From assembly GCA_905178155.1 (NCBI GenBank), contig CAJINV010000006.1:3568169-3632168 (forward strand): 64,000 nucleotides of DNA, written 5' to 3'. The notes beneath the pieces were generated by a model, which worked only from the letters and a program-made list of their open reading frames with translations, was not told the origin of the DNA and made no database searches. The stretch is from Amoebophrya sp. A120. Taxonomy: Eukaryota > Protista > Dinoflagellata. This document shows, one piece after another, positions 38,401 to 48,620 of this stretch. The position numbers were made by a program, and so were the translations under genes. Positions within the stretch are counted from its first letter, which is position 1. Every line of letters begins with the position of its first letter.

Positions 38401-38470
38401 CGGAAGGCTCAGGCATGGGCAGGTCCATGCGGCTTGCCGTACGCCCGGCTGCCGGCGGGCCGTCGGCCAT
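32460..38470 (-). CDS. Conserved-looking hypothetical protein with repeated (F/Y)(D/N)II(T/S)N motifs, about 22 exons
   Basis: Reconstructed through 14 TIR elements and ~7 GT-AG introns: RVYDPLLQKFRD, HLNRAKDIQLLRE, FDIINN, DYNIMSNLP, KDFNVVTNRY, LNLLEAT, ERYKNRY, RGFDIVTNE; TAG at 32460-32462; first-intron acceptor uncertain. Confidence 0.75.
32531..32842. mobile_element. Introner family I
   Basis: TATCAAAAGGAAAAATCCCCCCTCCCCATA...TATGGGGTGGGGGGATTTTTCATTTTGATA; perfect DR CGGAC. Confidence 0.92.
32902..33209. mobile_element. Introner family E
   Basis: 37-bp TIR TATGGATGTGTCAGGTTTGAAATCGTCAAAGTTGAAA (1 mismatch); perfect DR CGGCG. Confidence 0.93.
33433..33594. mobile_element. Introner family F
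   Basis: TATCACAAGAAAAAGTGTTAACGTTAAC TIR; perfect DR TACTC. Confidence 0.92.
33638..33794. mobile_element. Introner family B
   Basis: TATGCATTGCAAAAGTA TIR; perfect DR GCCGA. Confidence 0.92.
33853..34093. mobile_element. Introner family D
   Basis: Family D TIRs; perfect DR CGGGT. Confidence 0.92.
34453..34629. mobile_element. Introner family B
   Basis: Family B TIRs; perfect DR TTGTG. Confidence 0.9.
34677..34938. mobile_element. Introner family A
   Basis: Perfect 31-bp TIR TATCAAATGCAAAAGTGTCTGGGTCTGGAAG; perfect DR GGGGC. Confidence 0.95.
35262..35415. mobile_element. Introner family B
   Basis: Family B TIRs; DR AGCGG/GGCGG; join RYKNR-YID. Confidence 0.9.
35500..35667. mobile_element. 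Introner family J
   Basis: TATGCAATACAAATCTACCGCACA...TGTGCGGCAAATTTTTTACTATGGATA; DR CGGAC/CGGAT; in-frame join. Confidence 0.82.
35734..35985. mobile_element. Introner family A (inverted relative to 52103-52358)
   Basis: Family A TIRs; perfect DR AGCGC. Confidence 0.93.
36229..36464. mobile_element. Introner family C
   Basis: TATGCGAGTGCACAACTC...GAGTTGTGCACTCTCATA; perfect DR ACAAG. Confidence 0.92.
36507..36656. mobile_element. Introner family B
   Basis: Family B TIRs; perfect DR GTGGC. Confidence 0.92.
36786..37021. mobile_element. Introner family D
   Basis: TATGGCGTTCTCAA.....TTACATTCTCAACTGTTACA TIR; perfect DR ATCGA. Confidence 0.93.
37934..38042. mobile_element. Introner family G (109 bp)
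   Basis: TATCCAGGAAAAGACACCCATCCCCATC...GATGGGGATGGGTGTTTTTTCCTGGATA; perfect DR GTGTC. Confidence 0.92.
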
Positions 38471-39181
38471 GTTTGTTGAAATAACTGCCAGAAGGGGATA
38501 GTACAATGCGAATGCCCTCTTGCAGCTTATTTTCCGCTAGGTTCAACACACGCACGAATTTTATTGTCGTGTCTTTTTAAAAATTGAAATATTGTGCTTG
38601 TTTCAACGAGGAAATGACTCGAGGATATGAATATGATCACATCTCGAGAACTAAAATTATTTTTACTTCTCGAGATGTGAAGATACGAATAGAACGGTGC
38701 TCCTGCTGCTGCTGCTGAAAAGCTACGACAAATTTCCAGCAACAAGCGACGCGAGCGCTCTCGTGCTCTACTCCAGCAAGCTTCTCTTCAAAAATACGTC
38801 ACTCTACGTCTACACGAACCACTCGCACTCGTCAAGCAGTCCTAGAACTAAATATGACTGATGTCGACCACGAAAAAATATCTGGAGCTGCACGCTCCAC
38901 GAACGAATTTCTAGAAGACCACGACAACAAGCAGGAGGGGCGAACCAATCAAAAGAGTTTTAGGTTTTATTGTTGTTCCTCGTGCACCAAAAGCGAGGAG
39001 TTGGTAGGAACTTCGGTTCAACTTTTTTCGAAACGCACAACATTATCGTATATCATTTACAAGATTATAGACCACTACAACATACAACTGCAACCGGGTT
39101 TCTTTCTTCTGCTGTATTCTCGGGTATTTTTTTTGTCTTTCTAGGAAACGAATTTCTCAAGTTTATTCTGTTGCGAGCTTG

Positions 39182-39497
39182 TATGGAAGCGTCAGGTTTG
39201 AAATCGTCAAAGTTGAAATAATTTGTAATGCATAAAATGCATGACCCGAGGCACGTATGTTGCAGAGCAGGGAAGTGAGGCCGATTGTAAGCCTGTTTCT
39301 TTGGGGTTACAGCTCGAGCTGCTAAAGTAGCATGAGAAAATCGCTCTTCTTTGCCTAAAAAGCATGACAAACTGGATTTTGGGACCAACGAAATTTGTCT
39401 TGCGCCGCTTGGAAACTGGGTTCCAACTCAACTGGCATCCATTTTATGCATGACAAATTATTTCAACTTTGTCGATTTCAACTCTGACACATCCATA
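39182..39497. mobile_element. Family E element outside any recognisable CDS
   Basis: Family E TIRs; perfect DR GCTTG; ~240 nt downstream of the TMBIM stop at 39735. Confidence 0.9.
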
Positions 39498-39734
39498 GCT
39501 TGTTGGTAAGCACGTGCTACTTCTACTTCTACTGGGAGCTAAAAATCTTGATTACAAACTACTTGAGGCAGTGGGGACATCAAACCAATTATTGCGTAGC
39601 GGTTGGTGGAAGGCGAGCAAGGCATATGTACAAATTCTAGCACTCGTTTATTTTTTGCACCTGTATTCTCGAGTATGTTTCATCGTCCGCTGTAGTCAGC
39701 GCTACCGCGTCGGTATAACTTTTCGGCCTTCATC

Positions 39735-42020
39735 TCAGTTCCGCTGGCCGAATAGATGGAGCAAGTGGAGAAAGAGTTGGATGATGTCCATGTAGAGGGT
39801 CAATATCAACTGCAAATATGTTGTCTGGGTCTGGGCGGATGAAACTTGTGATGCTAGTACCCTTGAACTCTACATAAAACCTCTATTGCGTCGTGAACAC
39901 TAAAAAGAGGTCCCGTTTTTGCCACGCGAAGAGGGCATTTCTCATGCGGTATGAGCATCAGAATCAGAAAGCTTTGGCAGAATCTATGATGCTGGGGCAT
40001 GCATCACAGACATCATGGCCATGTAAAATATGCATGACAAACTTGGCACTTTTCCAGACCCAGACATACACATATTTGCAATGCATAGTCAACGCCGCGA
40101 AACAGTAGTCATCCATCGAAAATTGGAAGCGGCGGTGCTTTCCCCCCACAATCATTTGCACGTCGTATACCAGATAAAAGCTGAACAGCAACGCTGCTAG
40201 CCCGGAGTATATCGCACGAAAAAACTGTTTCACTGTAAGGATTTTGCAAGTTTTGCATTACAAGTTTGTTACACATGACACTGAAAGTCTGTCATGCGCA
40301 CTTCCCAAGGAAATACACGCTTCAAAATCCAATGCGTTGCAGGTGTAGCAAGACAAATAGTTCTGTGTTTCATTTTCTGCATCACAGGTTCACAGTGAAA
40401 CAGTTTTTTCTTGCGATAAAGTAGACCACCTCGACAATGCGCGACGCGGGGAGGAACCTTGGAGGTTTGATGTCGTGATATGCAATACAAATTTCCCGTA
40501 CATGTACAAGATGCATCACAAATTCTACCAATTTGAAGCGTGAAACTTGTCATGCTAAACTAGAATCGAAGGCAAGTTTTGTCATGCGGAGACCGCATTT
40601 GTACGTGTACGGGAAATTTTTTACTGTGGATACTTGATGCGCGAATCCTATTTCGAAAGTCTTCATGTCATGCAGGAGAACATCAGTAACTAGGAGCACC
40701 GCGAGTACTACAGTTGCAAATTATGAAAAAAAAAAAAACCTTGAAATTAAAATTATTATTCCCAAAAACTATACATGAAAAACAGTCCCATCAGGCTGAG
40801 GCACATGACCCCCGCGAAGAGATACGGGCCGGCGCCGGTGAAATCGTAGGTCGTCTGACACGCGAACAGGGTTATGACAGTGCACAACTCCCCCTCATTT
40901 GTCATGCAAAAACCCAAATCCAGCTGCTACCTTGTGGCACCGCGCGCATGACAAATTCCGGAAAAAATCCAAACAGTACTACAAACACTTGGCGCATGAA
41001 GAACTTGATGTCATGCACAGGGTCCACCTATACTGGTGTTTGTAATGCTGTCGATGCCATACAAATGAGGGGGAAGGGCGGGAACAGTGCACTCTCATAA
41101 GCATCAAGCCGAGCACGATGACCGCCGTCATCCCGGCAACGCCCAGCACCGTCCAGGTTGTGAATCTCGCGCACGCAATCCCGCAGATCAGCCCAAAGGC
41201 CAGCGTAAACACGAACAGAAAGATGTAATTTTTGGGGTACACGCGCGTCACCGTGGGGTCGCAGAAGCTGTAGCACAGCATGGCGCAGGGGAGAAACGTG
41301 GCGAAATATGAACTGCAAAAGTATCGCACTCGTATAAATGCATTGCAAATTTCCTCAGCATGAGAAATAAAATTTGTAATGCGGATTTACCTTAAGAGCA
41401 AGATTTGTAATGCATGTTTGCAATTACTACGAGTGCGATACTTTTGCACAGGATACGAACACGACCAATGCCATGTTGTTCTGGATAAACCGCCATCCCT
41501 TGCAAATATGTCTGGGTCTGGAAGATTGCCAGATTGGTCATGCATTTTTTGCATGACCCGTGGAGCCTGTAACGCATGACCTAGCATCACAGATTTTTGG
41601 ATGGCTTCCTAATGCCTATTCCGCATGAGAAACGCTCTCTCCACGTAGCACAAACTGGACTCCGACGTTTGCTGGTCATGCAATACAGATTTGTTTAGAA
41701 TCCAAAGACAGCATCACAGGTTGGATCCTCGCAGACCCAGATGACATATTTGCACTTGATAACTGCCGCGCTTGGAGCTGGTACAAGACGAACGGAGCCG
41801 CGATCGCGGCCGTGATCAGCAGCTGGCATCCGGTGAGCAGGAAAACTTTGCGAACGAAGCCGTGGCGGGCGTTGATTTCCAGGTTCTCGATGTAGTGATC
41901 CCGGGAATCCTCATTCGGATCATCGAGGTTGTTTTGCTCGATGCGACGGTTGGGGTCAACGGAGCCATAGTTCATACCGACTCCGCCACCATACCCGCCG
42001 GCAGCGACGGGGCCGCGCAT
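39735..42020 (-). CDS. TMBIM/Bax inhibitor-1 (lifeguard-like) membrane protein, paralog A, 7 exons
   Basis: RHGFVRKVF, YPKNYIFLFVFT, FACQTTYDFT, YLVYDVQMIVGGKH, DDYCFAALTLYMDIIQLFL; five exon-splitting TIR elements plus GT-AG intron 40774-40458. Confidence 0.92.
39804..40087. mobile_element. Introner family A
   Basis: Family A TIRs; perfect DR GTCAA; join FAALT-LYMD. Confidence 0.92.
40210..40418. mobile_element. Introner family H
   Basis: TATCGCACGAAAAAACTGTTTCACTGT...ACAGTGAAACAGTTTTTTCTTGCGATA; DR GAGTA/AAGTA. Confidence 0.9.
40479..40632. mobile_element. Family J element nested inside a GT-AG intron
   Basis: TATGCAATACAAATTTCCCGTACA...TGTACGGGAAATTTTTTACTGTGGATA; DR CGTGA/CTTGA. Confidence 0.82.
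40873..41099. mobile_element. Introner family C (inverted relative to 26907 and 59345 copies)
   Basis: TATGACAGTGCAC...GTGCACTCTCATA; DR AGGGT/AGCAT; in-frame join to LFACQTT. Confidence 0.88.
41307..41455. mobile_element. Introner family B
   Basis: TGCAAAAGTATCGCACTCGTA TIR; DR CGAAA/CGAAC. Confidence 0.9.
41494..41761. mobile_element. Introner family A
   Basis: Family A TIRs (left TAT mutated to CAT); DR ACCGC/ACTGC; join AR(Q/R)-FIQNN. Confidence 0.86.
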
Positions 42021-43342
42021 TTTGGATTTAGATTTTGGATTCCTCAGTAGTCCTCACGCTAAGAAAAGAACAATGCAATTTTTTCTGCTTGTTGTCTACA
42101 TCACACCAAACTACTCGATGGACCGTTCACCCGACTGCCGGAGTCTACTCTCCGAGCACGACTAAGTACAATTTTCCGTATCACCTTCGACGAAAATAAC
42201 GACAACCAGAAGGAAGCGCTCTCTCCATCTCGAATACTTCGACTTTGACACGACTTCTCAACAGACCTTCAGAATAAAGACGGTTTATCATCCGGAGCGA
42301 CGATCGCCGAACAGAAAAGGCTGAAGGGTTTTTTCGTAGTTTTCATCTCCAGCTCCGTCGTAAGCCGGGCGGTACGACGAGGACGACGGACCTGGCTGAA
42401 AGGCACGCTGATCATGATCAGGTGTCCAAGTTTCGTGATTTCTTAGGTGGAAACCTTATAAACTTTCTCTTGCGCAAAACAAAGCTACCAACACTAGTTC
42501 AACGTCACAACATGAAGAAAGCCACAAAAGTGGACGAGAAGTACCCTCGGGAGAAAAGGGCTTTCCTCGTCAGTTCAATTCATGATTTTCAATCGCAGCA
42601 GAATTATGATTTCTCAAAATCTATCATCTGTGGACGTTCTGGCTGGTCGTGTCCCTTTCATCGAAAGTAGGTTGAGGTTATTTGTCCCACCTGCTGAATC
42701 AAATTTTCATCCTCGGATCAATTTTGTACACTTTAGTTTGACGGCGCAGTTCAAGATTTAATTTCGATGATGCGTGACCACGGCAATGCCTGGCCGAGGA
42801 CGAGCTTGTCGGAACTACATCAAAGTGGCTTGTACTTGTTGTAATAAACGGCGTTCTTGTACGATAGAGTTAGAGGTAGTAGTAGCTCAAGGGAACAATT
42901 AAACCAAAAAGTTCTTCGTTTGTAGTTGAAAACCGCGACTGGTGCGCACGCGCAGGCATTCGTCTGACCGTGGTCGCCATCTACTTGATGTTAGAGTATA
43001 GTCGGCAGAAGTAGATCGACGTGCAGCTGATACTGATAGTTCTTACCCGCATTATTTCTTGCGCCGTCGGCTACTTCTCGTATTTGTTGATTTCAAGCTC
43101 AGAAGCTTGTTGAGGTGGGGGTAGATTGGTATAGTCGAATCGTATTCGTAGGTATTGATGGAGTGGCGTTATTGCGGCCGTTCGTTGTATTGCTTGTGGT
43201 TCTTTTAGTTGAGTTTCTACTACTCCTGAGAGGGCGGGAAGATGGAAAGCGCACTTGTACTAGTTCTTGAGCGTTCAACATCTTCAAGTAGTTGTGAATT
43301 GTTGCTGCGTAGTGGTCCTGCTCCGTATTACTGTTGATCTGT

Positions 43343-44754
43343 TTACCGTCGCTCCCCCATGATGCGCAAGATGTGCAGCATATCAAGCAAAAAAGTGCCA
43401 ACGTTAACGGTTTTCACAGAATGCAGCCACGCATGACAATTTTTGCCTCGTGAGCATGCTACGCATGATAAATTTGGGGGGCACCTTTTGTGGTGCATTA
43501 CTGCATGACAAATTTCGTTAACGTTAATAACACTTTTCCCTGTGATACAGGAAGAGGTTGATAATGTCCATGTACAGATTCAGGGCGGCGAAGCAGTATT
43601 CGTCCACAGCAAAGCGGTGGCGGTGGTGCTTCCCTCCCACAATCATCTGCGTGTCGAACACGATGTAGAAGGAAAACAGCAACGCAGACAAACCCGAGTA
43701 GACGATCTCGACCGGCCGGGAGTACGGGACGAACATCAGGATGAAACTGGTCAGGCACAGGCACATCAAGGCGCAGAACTGGAGAGTTGTATAGGGGTTT
43801 TTGCTTGTGGAAATATTTTTCATGTAGTTTTAGATGGCAATAATTTATTGCATGACAGAATCCCTTCCTCATTACAGACTTCGCATCACAAGTTGTACCA
43901 GGAACAGGTAAACCTAAACTATACCAAGTAGGGCCCGAACCCGGTGAAGTCATACGTCGTCTGGCACGCGAAGCCGATCAGACTCAAGGTGATGCACGCC
44001 GTGATCCCTGCCGCGGCCAACACGGAAGCGGTTGTGTACATCGAGCACGTGACGCCAACGATGAGGCCGAACGCGAGCGTGATCATGAGCAGAAAGAAGT
44101 AGTTTTTCGGGTATTCACGCGTGACGGACGGGTCGCAGAAGCTGATTTTTTTGTGTATTAGAAATTTCGATCCTTGTGTCTGTTTTTTCCCTGGCAAGAA
44201 TTAAAATTGTCGGCGATTCGAAGATTCACTTCTCAGAGTCATGTGTATTGCACTATACCAATCCAATAGGAGAGCATGTGCATGTTCTTGAGGATGGCTG
44301 TTAGTGATGATGTGTAAATGCACAAGCACATCATTCCATTAGTTCTTGTACCTGTAGCAAATCAGAATGATGGGGATCAGCATAGCGATCGTCAGAAGGG
44401 CCTGGTTTTGCTGGATAAATATCTTCGCGGATTCGTGGTAGGCCACGAAGGGGAAGGCGATTGCGCTCGTGATTAGCAGCTGGACGCCCACGATACTGAA
44501 CACCTTCCGGACGAAACCGTGCCGGACCGCCGTGTCCATTTTATCTGTCAGAACGTCGGCGGAACCTGTTTTGATGGGTTTTTGTTATGCTTCGAGAAGT
44601 TCCACTTTCTCATTAGTTTCAATCCATGCTGTTACAATTGGAATTGCAAATGCAAATGCAATTCCAATTCTGCATGACAAAATGAAAAACAGCACTGGAG
44701 TTTAGTAGTACCGGCAATGGGCTCGTTCTCGTACTGCGGGTTAGATTCCATCAT
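43343..44754 (-). CDS. TMBIM/Bax inhibitor-1 (lifeguard-like) membrane protein, paralog B, 5 exons
   Basis: VRHGFVRKVFSIVGVQL, YPKNYFFL, FACQTTYDFTG, FDTQMIVGGKH, DEYCFAALNLYMDIINLFL; GT-AG introns 44711-44566, 44351-44142, 43924-43779 plus one family F element. Confidence 0.92.
43381..43547. mobile_element. Introner family F
   Basis: AACGTTAAC-containing TIRs; DR CAGCA/CAGGA; join NLFL-HILR. Confidence 0.87.
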
Positions 44755-45759
44755 CTTGTCTTTACTGGTGTTTTTACTTTGGCCTCAAATTTCCACTGCA
44801 AGAGCGTCTACAACTTCACTTCCCAGTAAGTAGGTGTACTTTATTGCGTCTTCTATCTCGTTCTCGGTCTACTCTAGTACTTCCAGTTCCAAATATATAA
44901 TAAAGCAGCGTTCACTACTACGGTGCGAGTAGAGCCTCCTCAACTACAGGCTATAGATGCACGAACAAAGGTGATGGAGTGTTGTTGGGCTGGAGGAGGT
45001 GGAGGACTAGAACAAACATGAGACAACATTACGACTTCAACAACGACAGAAAACAAGAGGTAAAAGTAGGTCTTAGTGCCCACCAAAATTTCGCGTGGAA
45101 GTGGTCACGAAGAAAAATACAAAGAGAAAGACAATAAGTGGGTACAATTTCAAGGGTAGTTGTACATTCAGTGCTGCGGGTCGTGGTGGCAAATAAGTAC
45201 ATTAAAAAGCAGACTCAAACATCAGGAGTTTCGAACATCGAGGCACCTCCTGCGTCCATAGCTGCACAACCGCCGATTTCGACGGAAGCTTCTTGCTTTT
45301 TTGCAAAATATCGTGCCGACGCAAAGTACCACATGCCGATCCACCGATGCAGTTGCTGTTTTTCGGATGTTGAAACTGCTCTCTTCAAAAAGTTCTTCTA
45401 CTCGCGTCAACCGACTACGCGACAACAACAATCTCAAGACCGATGCGATTTAGCGTTTTTTCAATTTCATCTCATCAACTCTTTGTCTCCTCTCAATAGC
45501 TCCTCCTCAGTCTATCTGAGCTCGGAGAGAAAGAACACGAAAAATATTCGTTTGATTGAAAATATTCATTTGAATAGGGGAGGACGGAGAGATGACGAAG
45601 ATAAGGAGAAATACAAAGGAAAAGAAGAGAAAAGAAAAAAGAAATAAAAGAATAAGAAAAAGAGAAACCAAAAGCATAAAAAAGGCAAAGAATTGGCGAA
45701 AATATTGCGAAAATATTCGTTTGAAAAAAATATATCTTTGAAAAGATATATCCTTTTGG

Positions 45760-48620
45760 TTGACTGGTCTGGCCTCGGCATCCTTCTTGGCCTCAGAAGG
45801 CCTCAGAAGGCCACGGCGGCCTCAGTCAGAAGGCGAAGGAGGGCCAGGGCGGCCTCGGAAGGGCCGAGAAACCCTCAATATGCAGTTATCTATCTACTTC
45901 GGGCAGAAGGGAGCCTAAGACGTTGCTTCTTCGGGAAGAGTGAAACAAAGACTCTGACTCGCAGAAAGGTGCTTGCAGGCGCGACCTGAGCGATTGCCAG
46001 ACCGCGACGGCCTGCACGACTGCACCCGCAGCCGCGAGCGTGCCTCCTCATTCCCGAAGCCCACACGCATCCCCACAGCCTCTGTTTCTCCCGATTCCTC
46101 GACTTACGTTGCTACCTACGCCCTTCGCTAGTCTCCCTCCCGCCCTTGCGTGCCCCATGGCTTCCTCGGGTTTCCAGGATTCCCCACACGAAGCGCAAGC
46201 GCGCTGGCGAAACAGAGACTCGAGCAACAGGCGCAGTGGTTTTTCTCTCAGAAAAAGACGGCCAGCAACAGTAGACGTATTTTTTTGGCGGGCTATTTCT
46301 TGAAGTGACTTTTACCCGGGCGGGCATGCGGCTTTCGCAGCTCCCAGCCTTGGAGACAGGGCGGGAATGCGTGGGGCCTTTAGAGGAGCATGCCCGCCAC
46401 GCTGCGCGGGGAGCACGAAAAACCTAGCTACGCTGAATGGCACGGCCAGCGCCCGGGCGTTTCGTTGATAACACCCGCCGGAAAATCCCCGGGCGCGAAC
46501 AATGCGCGAAGTGAGATTAATAGAGAAAAACCAGGGCGGCGCCCGGTCGACGGACAAGAGAAAAACGCTCCGCGCCCTCAGTCGTCGCCCCACACTCTCA
46601 CGCCAAGGCCCCTGCGCGCGCCTAGCGGGCGAAGAGCTTCCCTATCCGATCAACCCCCAACTGTCTGCTTGACGAGAAGAAGGCGCGCGGCGCCTGCAGC
46701 CAGGCTAAGGCGTCTGTGCGCGCGCAGCGCAACGGCAATTTTTTTCCAAGGCAGGCCACCATTGTCGAAAGCGAGAAAACAACTCCGCGCGCCTGCTTCG
46801 CGCGCGACGCAGTTTCTCCCTCCCAGTTACCGGCTGGCGGGCGCGAAAAAATTTTCCGATCGCGCTCTCCTGCAAAGGCGCCCGCCAAAGGGCGCGCGCA
46901 ATACAGGAAAACTTTTTTCAGGCAAGCCCCCACCTGCCGATCGCGAAAAAATTTTTCGTGCTATCAGATCGAAGCGCCTGCGCTTGCGCCCGCAGCGTGT
47001 GCGCGCACTTTTTTTCCGTAAAAACCCCGGCTACAGAATAAGAGTAGAGCTCCGCCCTGCGCGCGCTCTCAGGCCGCGGCGCCTGCCCGCAACGCCCGAC
47101 AACTTTCTTCCCTCCAGTTTCTGTTGCCGGGCGCGAAAAAATTTCCTGCGCGCGACCTCAGACCAAGGCGGCAACGAGCGCGCGCGGTGAAAACTTTTTA
47201 CAATCAGGCCTCCGCGTGCCGGTCGCAAAAAAAAGCTCCACCCTTTGGGGCCGAGACGCCTACGCGCGCGCAGCGCGCGAGTTTTTTTTTCAAACAGAGC
47301 ACCCCTTCCCCCGACGGGCTGCCGGCCGTGAGCAAAGCTGTCCGCGTTCTCAGGCGCGCGCGCGCAAAATTGTCGCCCGGCCAAGCTGCGACTGCCGGGC
47401 GCGAAAAAAATTTGCGACCAAGCCCGCCGGCCAATCAATCCGGCTAGCCCCCCCAGGAAAGCTTGACGCCCCTATGGCAAGGCGTCTGCGCGCGCGCAGC
47501 GCGCGAAGAATTTTTCTCCGGCAAGCCACCCGCTTCCGCACGCGACAGAAACTTTGCGCGCTCTCAGTCCAAGGCGTCTGCGCGCACGCAACGCGCGCGC
47601 GAGAACTAATTTTTTCCCCGACAGGTCACCGGCTGCCGGACGCGAGTAGAGCTCTCCGCGCCCCCAGGACGCGCGAGAGCCTACGGAGGTGCCTGCGCGC
47701 GGTGCTTAGGTGTCTGCGCGCGCGCAGCGCGCGAAAATTTTTTTTCCTGCTAGCCCCCGACTACCGGGAGCGCTGCAAAAAATTTTCGCCGCACCCAGGC
47801 CGAGGCGCCTGCGCGCACGCAGCGCGCGAGCGCTTTTTCATTCGTCGGCCAGACCCCGGCTGCTGGCGGGCGTGAAGCAGCATTTTTGTCGCGCCCCCAC
47901 AAGGTCGGAGCGCCTGCGCGCGCGCAGCGCGCGAAGAAAATTTTTCGGCCAACCCCTAACTACCGAAGCAAGTCAGGGCGCCTGCGCGTGCGCAGCACGC
48001 CACGTCTTTTTTCTCGGCCGGCCGCTGCCCCTGATTGCCAAACGCGACAAGGGCATCGCAAGCAACTACCAAAACCACGGCGCCTGTGCGCGCGCAGCGC
48101 GCCGATTTTTTTTTTCCCGCCGTAAGAGCACAAAACACCACGCGCACACCATCACCAGTACCAATGATGGCGCCGAAATAGGCGCGCGCAATAAGCAAAA
48201 GGCTTTTTCCTGGCCCCGAGCGCAGGCTGGCAGAACACGAAAAGGCGCTCGCGCTCTTCCAAACAAAGCAAAAAGCCGAAGCGGGCTCTGCTTGCGCAAA
48301 ACATTTTCGCGACCGGCCGCCGACCGCTCGGCTCGCATAGCACTACACATCTTCCCAACGTGCGCAACTAGAAATAAGTAAACCGACCCACTTGCGACAA
48401 TTGCGCCGCATTCTGCCCAAAGGGGCCAGGAAACGGATGCAAGCTTCTCGGTAGCGGAAACACGTGCGCAACTGCAACAAGGAACGGCAACTGCAGCAAA
48501 GCTATGTGTTCAAGATAGAAGGGATCGCAGCGCGACTCCTCTGTCCTAGATCGCCCGCAGGTCACAAACGCCGCACGGTGTCCAATGTCGTTCGCGACGC
48601 CGTTCAATGCGTTACCAAAC
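45760..48620. repeat. GC-rich degenerate satellite-like block
   Basis: At least 10 copies of AGGCGYCTGCGCGCGCGCAGCGCGCGA followed by A/T tracts (e.g. 46707, 47255, 47479, 47571, 47710, 47803, 47910, 47976, 48079); AT-rich GAAAATATTCG.TTGA motifs on both flanks. Confidence 0.75.

Noticed and set aside
46040-48381. Arg/Ala-rich ORFs of 100-266 aa
   Set aside because: They overlap in all frames, a by-product of stop-poor GC-rich repeats; no domain motifs.
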